Source: a bacterium
GTDB lineage: Bacteria > Patescibacteriota > Patescibacteriia > Patescibacteriales > GWC2-42-12
Reading direction: 5' to 3'
DNA: 64,000 bases
Assembly: GCA_030650415.1 (NCBI GenBank)
Contig: JAUSEG010000017.1
Span: forward strand, 16,885-80,884
Shown here piece by piece: positions 43,086-51,210 of this stretch (within the stretch, counting starts at the first letter, position 1; every line of letters starts with the position of its first letter). Made by a program: the position numbers and the translations under genes. The notes under the pieces are model-generated. The model did no database searches and had not been told where the DNA came from. It saw only the letters and a list, made by a program, of their open reading frames with translations.

Positions 43086-44225
43086 ATGTCTTCACTTTTT
43101 GCCTGGTTCCATAAAATAATATCTTCAAGCAACAAGCATGATGAAGCCGATAAAGGCCTGCTCATTATTGTCGGAGCAATTTTGGTTTTCGGTCTTATCA
43201 TGCTGGCCAGCGCTTCTTCAATTATTTCTTATAACACCTACCATCAGGATAGCTATTTTATTTTGAAACATCAGCTTTTTGGTTTAATTTTAGGTCTCGG
43301 TTTTTTTTGGTTTTTTTCCAAAGTTGATTATCAAATTTGGCGCAAATACGCTTTATGGATGCTAGTCGCTTCGATCGGCTTGTTGCTGCTGGTTTTTATT
43401 CCCGGGCTCGCCGGCACCTGGGGGACGTCCAAAAGCTGGATAAATGTTTTTGGTTTTTCTTTGCAGCCGTCCGAATTCGTAAAAATTACCTTCTTGCTTT
43501 ATTTAGCCGCTTGGCTGGAAGGCAGGAAAAAACAGCTAGCCGAAGTGTCGCGCGGCATCGGGCCGTTTATGGTTATTTTAGGAGCGATCGCGCTTTTAAT
43601 GATATTGCAGCCGGATATGGGCACTCTAACAATTATCGCTTTGGCGTCGTTCATCGTTTATTTTATCGGCGGCGGCAGCGTAAAACATTTGGTGGCTTTA
43701 GTTTTATTAGGGCTAACGGCTTTAGTTATTATGGTGAATATTTATCCTTATCAGGCTAACCGATTTAAGTGCATGATGGATCCGTCTTTTTCTAAAAAGG
43801 AAATTTGCTATCAGATCAATCAATCTTTAATCGCGGTTGGTTCGGGTGGTTGGTTCGGCCGGGGTTTAGGCGCCTCCAGGCAAAAGTTTTCGTATTTGCC
43901 TCAAGCGCAGAACGACGCGATTTTTCCGATTATCAGCGAGGAGATCGGCTTTATTTTTTCCGTGGGTTTAATTTTATTATATTTAGCCCTGTTTCTTAAG
44001 GGCGTGGCCATCGCTAAAAAAGCGCCGGATGATTTCGGCAAGATTTTAGCTGTCGGCATAGTCAGCTGGATTACTTTGCAGGCCTTGATAAATATCGGCG
44101 GTATGGTTAATATTATGCCCATGACTGGCGTGCCTTTGCCGATGATTAGTTATGGCGGTTCAGCCATGATAGCGGCTCTGGCCTCTATCGGGATATTAGC
44201 TAATATTAGCAAGCAGGGGAAATAG
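43086..44225 (+). CDS. ftsW: SEDS-family peptidoglycan polymerase (FtsW by position between mraY and murG)
   Basis: The ATG at 43086 is preferred over the track's TTG at 43062, which lies inside the palindrome. LQPSEFVK, RQKFSYLPQAQNDAIF, PLPMISYGGS motifs. Confidence 0.85.
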   Translation: MSSLFAWFHKIISSSNKHDEADKGLLIIVGAILVFGLIMLASASSIISYNTYHQDSYFILKHQLFGLILGLGFFWFFSKVDYQIWRKYALWMLVASIGLLLLVFIPGLAGTWGTSKSWINVFGFSLQPSEFVKITFLLYLAAWLEGRKKQLAEVSRGIGPFMVILGAIALLMILQPDMGTLTIIALASFIVYFIGGGSVKHLVALVLLGLTALVIMVNIYPYQANRFKCMMDPSFSKKEICYQINQSLIAVGSGGWFGRGLGASRQKFSYLPQAQNDAIFPIISEEIGFIFSVGLILLYLALFLKGVAIAKKAPDDFGKILAVGIVSWITLQALINIGGMVNIMPMTGVPLPMISYGGSAMIAALASIGILANISKQGK

Positions 44226-44270
44226 AATTATGAATAATGAATCATGGATTATGATCAATAAGAACTAATT

Positions 44271-44361
44271 GTTATTGCGGACGCTGTTATTGCCCCCTTT
44301 AACAAAGGGGGTTAGGGGGATTTATTTTTTTGTCATGCCGGACTTGATCCGGCATCCAGGA
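44271..44361. repeat. GC-rich hairpin modules
   Basis: gcccccttta-acaa-agggggttaggggga and tgtcatgccggacttgatccggcatccagga. Confidence 0.8.
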
Positions 44362-44396
44362 GGTAGTCGAAATAATTTCGGTTTATCAATTTTTAT

Positions 44397-44792
44397 ATGG
44401 TTAGAAACGTTGCCGTAATAATTCTCTACGAAAAAAATAAAAAAATTTTACTTCAGCATAGAGCCGAAAATGCTAAAAGATTACCAGGATATTGGGGATT
44501 CTTTGGCGGCGGCGTAGAAGCGGGCGAAACGCCTGAGCAGGCGGTGCGCCGAGAAACCAGAGAAGAATTAAATTATGAGTTGGAGAATCCAAAGCTGGTT
44601 ATGACGCAGAAATTTACTTATAAAGGCGATGAAAATACCCAGTATGTGTTTATGGAAGAGTACGATAAAAATAAAAAATTGACGCTGGGCGAAGGGCAAG
44701 GCATGAAGTGGTATGACCTCGCGGAATTAGGCGAATTAAAGATTATAGATCATGACGCGAAAGTTTTAAAATATATTAAGGGCAAATATTAA
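44397..44792 (+). CDS. NUDIX hydrolase
   Basis: Nudix box [23 protein letters not shown]. Confidence 0.85.
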   Translation: MVRNVAVIILYEKNKKILLQHRAENAKRLPGYWGFFGGGVEAGETPEQAVRRETREELNYELENPKLVMTQKFTYKGDENTQYVFMEEYDKNKKLTLGEGQGMKWYDLAELGELKIIDHDAKVLKYIKGKY

Positions 44793-44804
44793 AGAATAAA
44801 TTAT

Positions 44805-45113
44805 ATGGCTAAAAAAATTAAATCAATTCATCCGGGTGAAATATTAAATGAAGAATTTTTAGTTTCTTTTAAGATCAGTCAATATCGTTTAGCTAAAGAT
44901 ATCGGGGTCGCTCCGCGCCGAATTAATGAAATCGTGCACGGTTCACGCGCCATCTCTGCGGACACCGCTCTCCGTTTAGGCAAATATTTTAATATTTCTC
45001 CTCAGTTTTGGCTTAACCTGCAATCGCGTTTTGACTTAGAAACAGAAGCGGAAGAGCTGGTTTACACGTTAAAAAACGAAGTAAAAATATTTAATAATTG
45101 CGTAACAGCTTAA
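44805..45113 (+). CDS. higA: HigA-family antitoxin (XRE HTH), no HigB partner seen
   Basis: IHPGEILNEEFL...SQYRLAKDIGVAPRRINEIVHGSRAISADTALRLGKYFNISPQFWLNLQ is the canonical HigA sequence. Confidence 0.85.
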   Translation: MAKKIKSIHPGEILNEEFLVSFKISQYRLAKDIGVAPRRINEIVHGSRAISADTALRLGKYFNISPQFWLNLQSRFDLETEAEELVYTLKNEVKIFNNCVTA

Positions 45114-45126
45114 AATATAAAGCAAG

Positions 45127-46380
45127 ATGAATTTTGAAAAAAATTATAAAATACTTTTTACCGGCGGAGGCACAGGCGGATCAGTGGCGCCGCTCTTGGC
45201 TGTGGCCGAGGAGTTGAATAATCCCCCTAACCCCCTTTATCAAGGGGGAAAAAATAAAACCCCCTCTAGCTCCCCCTTGTCAGGGGGAGAATACGAATTT
45301 CTCTGGCTGGGCACGAAGTTCGGGCCGGAGCGAGAGATGGTTGCTTCGGCGAGCTCCCCTCGGCCTGAGCTCGGGACGAAGGCAGCACAGGGGGCCGGAA
45401 TAAAATTTAGAGCGATTAACGGCGGAAAATGGCGACGGTATTTTTCTTTTAAAAATTTGCTGGATGTCGTAAAAATTAAATTAGGTTTCTGGCAAGCCTT
45501 TTTTATAATGTTAAAATGGCGGCCCGATCTGGTGATAAGCGCGGGCAGTTTCGTGAGCGTGCCGGTAATTTGGGCGGCTTGGTTTTTGCGAGCGCCGATT
45601 TTAATTCATCAGCAGGACGCGATGCCCGGGCTGGCTAATAAGTTGATGGCGCCGCTGGCGCGCGCGGTGACGGTTACTTTTGAAAAATCTTTGGCTGATT
45701 ATGGGAAAAAAGCGGTTTGGACCGGCAATCCGGTAAGAAATCAATTAAAAATTACAAATTACAAATTACGAATTAAAAATTTTAAAATTCAAGATGGTTT
45801 GCCAGTTTTATTGGTGTTAGGCGGGGGTACCGGAGCGATGGCAATTAATAAATTAGTGGAAGAGAGTTTAAGTGAATTGACCAAATTTTGCCAAATTATA
45901 CATGTTACAGGCAAGAATAAAAATTCCAGTGTCATTCTGGAGCCGAAGGCGATAGAATCCCATGGCTTAGAGTTGAAACAAGGAGATCCTATCGCTTCGC
46001 TGGCGCTACGCTCCAGGATGACAAACTATTTCGCTTTTGAATTTTTAGACGCGGAACGAATCGCTGGGGCGTTTAAACTGGCTGATGTAGTGGTAACGCG
46101 CGCCGGCCTGGGGTTTTTAACCGAATTATCATTTTTAAGTAAACCAGCCATAATTATTCCACTACCCGATTCACACCAGGAAGCCAACGCCGAGATGTTT
46201 AAAGAAGCGGCCATTGTTTTAGAGCAAAAAGATTTAAACGCTGAAAAATTTGTCGGCGAAATAAAAAATTTAATTGGCGATAAAGAATTGCAAAAGGAGT
46301 TAGGCGAAAAAATCGGGCGAGTGATGAAGCCGGGAGCTAATGAGGCGATGGTGAAGATAATTTTGGAGTTATTGAAATAA
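45127..46380 (+). CDS. murG: UDP-N-acetylglucosamine--N-acetylmuramyl-(pentapeptide) pyrophosphoryl-undecaprenol GlcNAc transferase, expanded by in-frame repeat modules
   Basis: FTGGGTGGSVAPLLAVAEEL, IHQQDAMPG, LVLGGGTGA, VVTRAGLGFLTEL. 417 aa versus ~355 typical. Confidence 0.9.
   Translation: MNFEKNYKILFTGGGTGGSVAPLLAVAEELNNPPNPLYQGGKNKTPSSSPLSGGEYEFLWLGTKFGPEREMVASASSPRPELGTKAAQGAGIKFRAINGGKWRRYFSFKNLLDVVKIKLGFWQAFFIMLKWRPDLVISAGSFVSVPVIWAAWFLRAPILIHQQDAMPGLANKLMAPLARAVTVTFEKSLADYGKKAVWTGNPVRNQLKITNYKLRIKNFKIQDGLPVLLVLGGGTGAMAINKLVEESLSELTKFCQIIHVTGKNKNSSVILEPKAIESHGLELKQGDPIASLALRSRMTNYFAFEFLDAERIAGAFKLADVVVTRAGLGFLTELSFLSKPAIIIPLPDSHQEANAEMFKEAAIVLEQKDLNAEKFVGEIKNLIGDKELQKELGEKIGRVMKPGANEAMVKIILELLK
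45221..45288. repeat. Two C5/G5 hairpin modules inside murG coding sequence
   Basis: atccccctaaccccctttatcaaggggga is near-identical to intergenic 59334..59365. Second module aaccccctctagctcccccttgtcaggggga. Translated PPNPLYQGGKNKTPSSSPLSGG. Confidence 0.85.
45344..45381. repeat. Imperfect GC hairpin inside murG
   Basis: cttcggcgagctc...gagctcgggacgaag, translated SASSPRPELGTK. Absent from the E. coli MurG alignment as I recall it. Confidence 0.55.
45931..46022. repeat. ~92-nt long-hairpin module inside murG
   Basis: gtcattctggagccgaaggcgatagaatcc...ggatcctatcgcttcgctggcgctacgctccaggatgac, translated VILEPKAIESHGLELKQGDPIASLALRSRMT. Confidence 0.8.
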
Positions 46381-46385
46381 ATTAT

Positions 46386-46550
46386 ATGGATATAAAATCA
46401 GTTGTTTGGAAAGAAGGCAAACATTATGTTTCGCAATGTTTAGAAGTTGATGTTTCGAGCTTCGGTGAAACCAAAAAAGAAGCTTTAACCATGTTGCAAG
46501 AGGCATTAGAATTATATTTTGAAGATACTCCGGTTTCTAAAAAAATTTAA
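46386..46550 (+). CDS. HicB-like (UPF0150) antitoxin, 54 aa, no HicA seen
   Basis: Below the ORF-track cutoff. MDIKSVVWKEGKHYVSQCLEVDVSSFGETKKEALTMLQEALELYFEDTPVSKKI* matches the HicB N-domain pattern (..G.Y.A......v...G.T.eEAl.n..eAl.l..e). Confidence 0.6.
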   Translation: MDIKSVVWKEGKHYVSQCLEVDVSSFGETKKEALTMLQEALELYFEDTPVSKKI

Positions 46551-46579
46551 GAAAATTTTAAATATTAAAAAATAATATT

Positions 46580-48028
46580 ATGGATAAAAATATTTTTGGC
46601 AATAAAATAAAATGGATTTGGACCATGAGAAAGTTAAATACGCCCTTATCGGTTTCCTCTTATCCCAAGGGCATAAAAATGGGTCAGGACTCTTTTAAGT
46701 ACCCTCTGCGTTTAAGCGCGACTTGGTATGACTACGGCGACATTTATTTTGACGAGGAGGAGATGAATTTAATCCGTGAATTTTTGAAATATAAAATAAA
46801 AAATGACCCGGCTTATCCTAATAAAATCGCCGAACAAATTTTTTCTTTGTCAAGAAGGATTGACCGATATGATGCCGGAGAGGTTGATAACAAAAATCTC
46901 AAACAGCTCATCGCTTTATTTAAAAACAGCGAAGAGTTATTTTTAAAAATGATTGGCTTTATGAGCTATCGCGGTTCGGTGCAAATGAGCGAGGTTTTAA
47001 GAGAGCAAATAGAGATGGTTTTAAAATACAAGCTTGCCGAAAGCAAGCCATTGAATTTATTCCAAATTTATTTAGAACGGCTTTCTTATCCTCTTTATAA
47101 AAGCGTGGTAGCCGAAGAGAAAAAATTTGTTTTGCGATTGGCAAAAGGCTTTAAAAGAATCTCTGAACAGGGGCGGGAGAAAAGAATAAATTTATATTTG
47201 GAAAAATTTGAGTGGCTCTCTTACCATTGGTTCGTTGGAATATCACCGAGTAAAACGCAAATAAAAGATAAGCTTAACAGGTTATCTTTAAATGTTGATC
47301 GGGAATTAACAAAAATTAAAATTGAACAGAAGAAAAACGAGGGCGAGGTGAAAAAAATTGTTAAAGAACTGAAATTTAGTTCAGCGGAAAAACTTTTGCT
47401 TAAACAATACAGAAGCTGGCTGTTTTTACGGACTTATGTAAAAGACAACCTTAATAAAATGGCTTTTAAGTCATTGCCGATCCTCTATGCCATTGCCGAG
47501 CAAAAACAAATTGAGCCTAAATTAATTCCTTTTTTGACATCAGAAGAAATTTATAATATTGAAAGTCTCGCAGCCAAGGAAATTAATAAATTAATCAATG
47601 AACGAAAAAATGGTTTTAGCGCCGGGATTATTGAAAATAAATTTAGTTTCCGAGCATTTAATAAAATGGCGGCACTCGAGAAAAACATAGATGAAACTAA
47701 AATTAAAGGATCAATCGCTTTTAAGGGTATAGTTCAAGGCATTGTAAAAGTTATTATGTCGCCCAAAGAACAAGGTGAACTTAAAAAAGGTGAAATTTTA
47801 GTTACTTCTATGACCACTCCGGATTTACTGCCGGCTATGGAACGAGCGATCGCTTTTGTTACTGACGAGGGTGGTATTACTTGCCATGCCGCAATTGTAG
47901 CGCGAGAAATGAAAAAGCCTTGCATAATTGGAACTAAGACAGCAACAAAAATTTTAAGAAATGGAGATCTTGTGGAAGTTGACGCGATAAATGGTTATGT
48001 AAATATAATTAAACGAAATGATGAATAA
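46580..48028 (+). CDS. PEP-utilizing enzyme mobile-domain protein (PpsA-related)
   Basis: The C-terminal GEILVTSMTTPDLLPAMERAIAFVTDEGGITCHAAIVAREMKKPCIIG is the phosphohistidine swivel domain. The N-terminal ~380 aa is unassigned. Confidence 0.75.
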   Translation: MDKNIFGNKIKWIWTMRKLNTPLSVSSYPKGIKMGQDSFKYPLRLSATWYDYGDIYFDEEEMNLIREFLKYKIKNDPAYPNKIAEQIFSLSRRIDRYDAGEVDNKNLKQLIALFKNSEELFLKMIGFMSYRGSVQMSEVLREQIEMVLKYKLAESKPLNLFQIYLERLSYPLYKSVVAEEKKFVLRLAKGFKRISEQGREKRINLYLEKFEWLSYHWFVGISPSKTQIKDKLNRLSLNVDRELTKIKIEQKKNEGEVKKIVKELKFSSAEKLLLKQYRSWLFLRTYVKDNLNKMAFKSLPILYAIAEQKQIEPKLIPFLTSEEIYNIESLAAKEINKLINERKNGFSAGIIENKFSFRAFNKMAALEKNIDETKIKGSIAFKGIVQGIVKVIMSPKEQGELKKGEILVTSMTTPDLLPAMERAIAFVTDEGGITCHAAIVAREMKKPCIIGTKTATKILRNGDLVEVDAINGYVNIIKRNDE

Positions 48029-48033
48029 ATCAT

Positions 48034-48561
48034 ATGAACCTAAAATCAAAAATTAGGGAAATACCGAATTGGCCAAAGCCGGGGATTAATTTTAAAGATA
48101 TTACCACGTTGTTAGAAGATAAAGCGGCTTTTAAAGAGGCGGTGGATAAGCTAGCCGCTCCATTTTTAGGACAAAAAATTGATAAAGTGGTGGGTATTGA
48201 CGCGCGCGGTTTTCTTTTGGCCGCTCCGGTCGCTTATAAATTAAATACCGGCTTGGCGGTTGTCCGAAAAAAGGGTAAACTGCCATTTCGTTCTATAAAG
48301 CAAGATTATACATTAGAATATGCCAGCAACACGGTTGAGATGCATGAAGACGCTATAAAGCCGGGCGAGAATGTGGTCTTGATTGACGACCTTTGCGCGA
48401 CCGGCGGCACGGCTCTAGCGGCCTGCGATTTAATAAAAAGGCTGGGCGGAAAGATTATCGGCGTGAGTTTTTTAATTGATTTGCCGTTTTTAGGCGGATC
48501 CAAAAAAATTAAAGAGCGCGGGATTGAAGTGCGAAGTTTAGTTGAATATGATAAGGAATAA
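48034..48561 (+). CDS. apt: Adenine phosphoribosyltransferase
   Basis: IPNWPKPGINFKDITTLL, PRPP motif VVLIDDLCATGGTA. Confidence 0.93.
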   Translation: MNLKSKIREIPNWPKPGINFKDITTLLEDKAAFKEAVDKLAAPFLGQKIDKVVGIDARGFLLAAPVAYKLNTGLAVVRKKGKLPFRSIKQDYTLEYASNTVEMHEDAIKPGENVVLIDDLCATGGTALAACDLIKRLGGKIIGVSFLIDLPFLGGSKKIKERGIEVRSLVEYDKE

Positions 48562-48572
48562 ATTATTTGTTT

Positions 48573-48778
48573 GTCATTGCGGGTTTGACCTCGTCATCGC
48601 TACGCGAGATCTGGCGAAGCCACGACAATCCATGAGGTAGCCGTAAGTAAGTGAATTTAATATAATATTTACAAAATAATCGTTCGTGACATTTAATTCT
48701 GGATTCCGGCTCGTAGGCCGGAATGACAGATAAGGAGATTGCTTCGCCACCCTGATTACAAGGGTGGCTCGCAATGAC
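48573..48778. repeat. Cluster of GC-rich hairpin modules
   Basis: gtcattgcgggtttgacc.., tcatcgctacgcgagatctggcgaagccacga (same module as 2993..3024), ctggattccggctcgtaggccggaatgaca, ..ggtggctcgcaatgac. Confidence 0.85.
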
Positions 48779-48789
48779 ATAATAAAAAT

Positions 48790-49575
48790 ATGAATAAAAT
48801 TAAAATCGCCATTATCGGGGGGAGCGGGCTTGATGACCCGGGCATTTTAAAAAATGCCAAAGCAGTTAATATCTCTACGCCTTTCGGCGCTTCGGCCTCG
48901 CCGTTAATTTGCGGGCGGATTGGCGACATTGAGGTAGTGGTGTTGGCTCGCCATGGCCAGAATCATACTTTTATGCCGACCAAGGTGCCGTATCGGGCTA
49001 ACGTTTGGGCTTTAAAAGAAGCCGGCTGCACGCATATTATCGCCACCACGGCCTGCGGTTCTTTAAAGGAAGAAATTAAACCGCGCGATTTAATATTTTT
49101 AGATCAGTTTATTGATTTTACAAAACATCGCAATCTAACATTTTTTGAAGATAAGGTGGTGCATACGGCCATGGCTGATCCATTTTGTCCGAGCTTAAGA
49201 GAAATTTTAATTAGAACCGCCAAAGAATTAAAATTATCTTGTCATGAAAAAGGAACTATTATAACTATCGAAGGCCCGAGATTTTCCACGCGCGCCGAAA
49301 GCCGTTATTTTAAAAGCATGAACGCGGACGTAATCAATATGTCAACTGTGCCGGAAGTAATTTTGGCGCGCGAGCTGGGTATTTGCTATGCCAGCGTGGC
49401 CATGGCTACCGATTATGACGCTTGGCGGGAAGGCGAAGAAGCGGTTACCTGGAAAATGGTTATGCAGGTTATGAAAGACAACGCCAATAATGTCGTGAAT
49501 ATTTTATTAAAGGCGATTCCGAAAATCGCCGCTGAATTGGCCGATGAAGAGTGCGAGCATTGCGGAGTGAAATAA
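48790..49575 (+). CDS. mtnP: S-methyl-5'-thioadenosine phosphorylase (MTAP-type purine nucleoside phosphorylase)
   Basis: IAIIGGSGL, LARHGQNHTFMPTKVPYRANVWALKEAG, VINMSTVPE. Confidence 0.85.
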   Translation: MNKIKIAIIGGSGLDDPGILKNAKAVNISTPFGASASPLICGRIGDIEVVVLARHGQNHTFMPTKVPYRANVWALKEAGCTHIIATTACGSLKEEIKPRDLIFLDQFIDFTKHRNLTFFEDKVVHTAMADPFCPSLREILIRTAKELKLSCHEKGTIITIEGPRFSTRAESRYFKSMNADVINMSTVPEVILARELGICYASVAMATDYDAWREGEEAVTWKMVMQVMKDNANNVVNILLKAIPKIAAELADEECEHCGVK

Positions 49576-49577
49576 AT

Positions 49578-51026
49578 ATGGATTTATCTAAAATCAAAAA
49601 AATTTATATGATCGGGATTAAGGGCGTGGGCATGACTATGCTCGCTCAGTATTTGCGCGGACAGGGAATGGAGATTTCCGGTTCGGATGGACCGGAAAAG
49701 TATATGACCGACGCGGTTCTGGAAGGCTGTGGCATCAAAGTAATTGAGAAGTTTGAGGTTAATAATCTGCCTAAGGACGCTGATTTGATAATTTATTCCA
49801 CCGCCTATTCTCCGGAAACGAATCTCGAGGTGGCCGCGGCTTTAAAAGGAAGAATCAAAGTTATGACTTATGCCGAGGCCTTAGGGGAAGTGTTTAACCA
49901 AAAATACGGCATCGCCGTGGTCGGTTCGCACGGTAAAACCACGATTACGGCCTGGCTGGGATATGTCCTAAATAAGTCCGGACTTGAGCCGAGCGTGATG
50001 GTTGGCGCCAGCGTACCACAGTTTAACGGCTGTTCGCTCGCGAGCAAATCGGATTATTTAATTATTGAAGCGGATGAGTACCAGAATAAATTGCAGTATT
50101 ACCGGCCCAGAGCCGTACTTTTAAATAATATTGATTACGATCATCCCGATTTTTTTCTCACCCGGGCTGATTATGAAAACGCTTACATAGAATTTATTAA
50201 AAAGATTCCGGCCAAGGGTTTTTTAGTGGCGAATTTCGACGATCCCTTAATTAGAAAAATTGCGCAAGTTAATTGCAAGGGCAAAGTCATAACTTACGCT
50301 ATAGACGAAGCGGCGGATTATGTCGCTTATGATATTAAAACCGATAATGGCAAGCAGTATTTTAAAGTTAAGCTTGGAGTGGAAGATGAGTTGGAAGATG
50401 AAAAATCCCCCCCACCCCCCTTTGTCAAGGGGGGAGATAAATTGGGCGACTTTTCAATTCAACTTTCCGGCCGACACAATATACTGAACGCTTTGGCCGT
50501 TATCGTAACTTGCGTTGAATTAAATGTTGAGTTATTTAAAATAAGAAAATATTTGGAAGAATTTTCCGGCACGGCCAGAAGAATGGAATTGAAAGGTGAG
50601 TTCAGGGGCGCCGCTATAATTGACGACTACGCGCATCATCCCACGGAAATTAAAGCCACAGTTGAAGCGGTACGGCAGAAATATGGCCGAAGGAAATTAA
50701 TTGTGGCATTTCACCCCCATACTTTTAGCCGCACTCGGGCGCTTTTCGACGACTTTGTAAAAAGTTTTGCCGGAGCCGACGAATTAATCGTTTTGGACAT
50801 CTACGGTTCGGCTCGCGAAAAACCGGGCGGAGCGCATAGCCGAGAGCTGGTTGATAAAATTGTCGCAAGAAATAAAGAATTAGAATCCAAGCAAACCGTA
50901 AAATATATTCCGACTCTGAAAGAATGCGAAGAATATTTAAGGGAACATGTCGAGAGAAATGACGTAGTAGTATTAATGGGCGCCGGTGATATATTCAGAG
51001 TGGGGGAAGATTTGGTAAAAAAGTAA
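49578..51026 (+). CDS. murC: UDP-N-acetylmuramate--L-alanine ligase, with one in-frame repeat module
   Basis: The ATG at 49578 (MDLSKIKKIYMIGIKGVGM). GSHGKTTITAW P-loop, DDYAHHPTEI. Confidence 0.92.
   Translation: MDLSKIKKIYMIGIKGVGMTMLAQYLRGQGMEISGSDGPEKYMTDAVLEGCGIKVIEKFEVNNLPKDADLIIYSTAYSPETNLEVAAALKGRIKVMTYAEALGEVFNQKYGIAVVGSHGKTTITAWLGYVLNKSGLEPSVMVGASVPQFNGCSLASKSDYLIIEADEYQNKLQYYRPRAVLLNNIDYDHPDFFLTRADYENAYIEFIKKIPAKGFLVANFDDPLIRKIAQVNCKGKVITYAIDEAADYVAYDIKTDNGKQYFKVKLGVEDELEDEKSPPPPFVKGGDKLGDFSIQLSGRHNILNALAVIVTCVELNVELFKIRKYLEEFSGTARRMELKGEFRGAAIIDDYAHHPTEIKATVEAVRQKYGRRKLIVAFHPHTFSRTRALFDDFVKSFAGADELIVLDIYGSAREKPGGAHSRELVDKIVARNKELESKQTVKYIPTLKECEEYLREHVERNDVVVLMGAGDIFRVGEDLVKK
50403..50434. 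repeat. C5/G5 hairpin module inside murC coding sequence
   Basis: aaatcccccccacccccctttgtcaagggggga, translated KSPPPPFVKGG. Confidence 0.8.
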
Positions 51027-51036
51027 AACTTTTATT

Positions 51037-51197
51037 GTCATTGCGAGCGATCCGCCTACTGGCGGAGAGCGCGGCAATCTCACGAACTCCATAACAATCA
51101 TAATACAATAGTGGCGATATTTAGCAAAATTTAGATATATGTGAGATTGCTTCGTCGTCCCCCACCAAACCTTGGTGGGGGACTCCTCGCAACGACA
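51037..51197. repeat. Cluster of GC-rich hairpin modules
   Basis: gtcattgcgagcgatccgcctactggcggag.., gagattgcttcgtcgtcccccaccaaaccttggtgggggactcctcgcaacgac. Confidence 0.85.
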
Positions 51198-51210
51198 AGA
51201 TAAAAAATAA

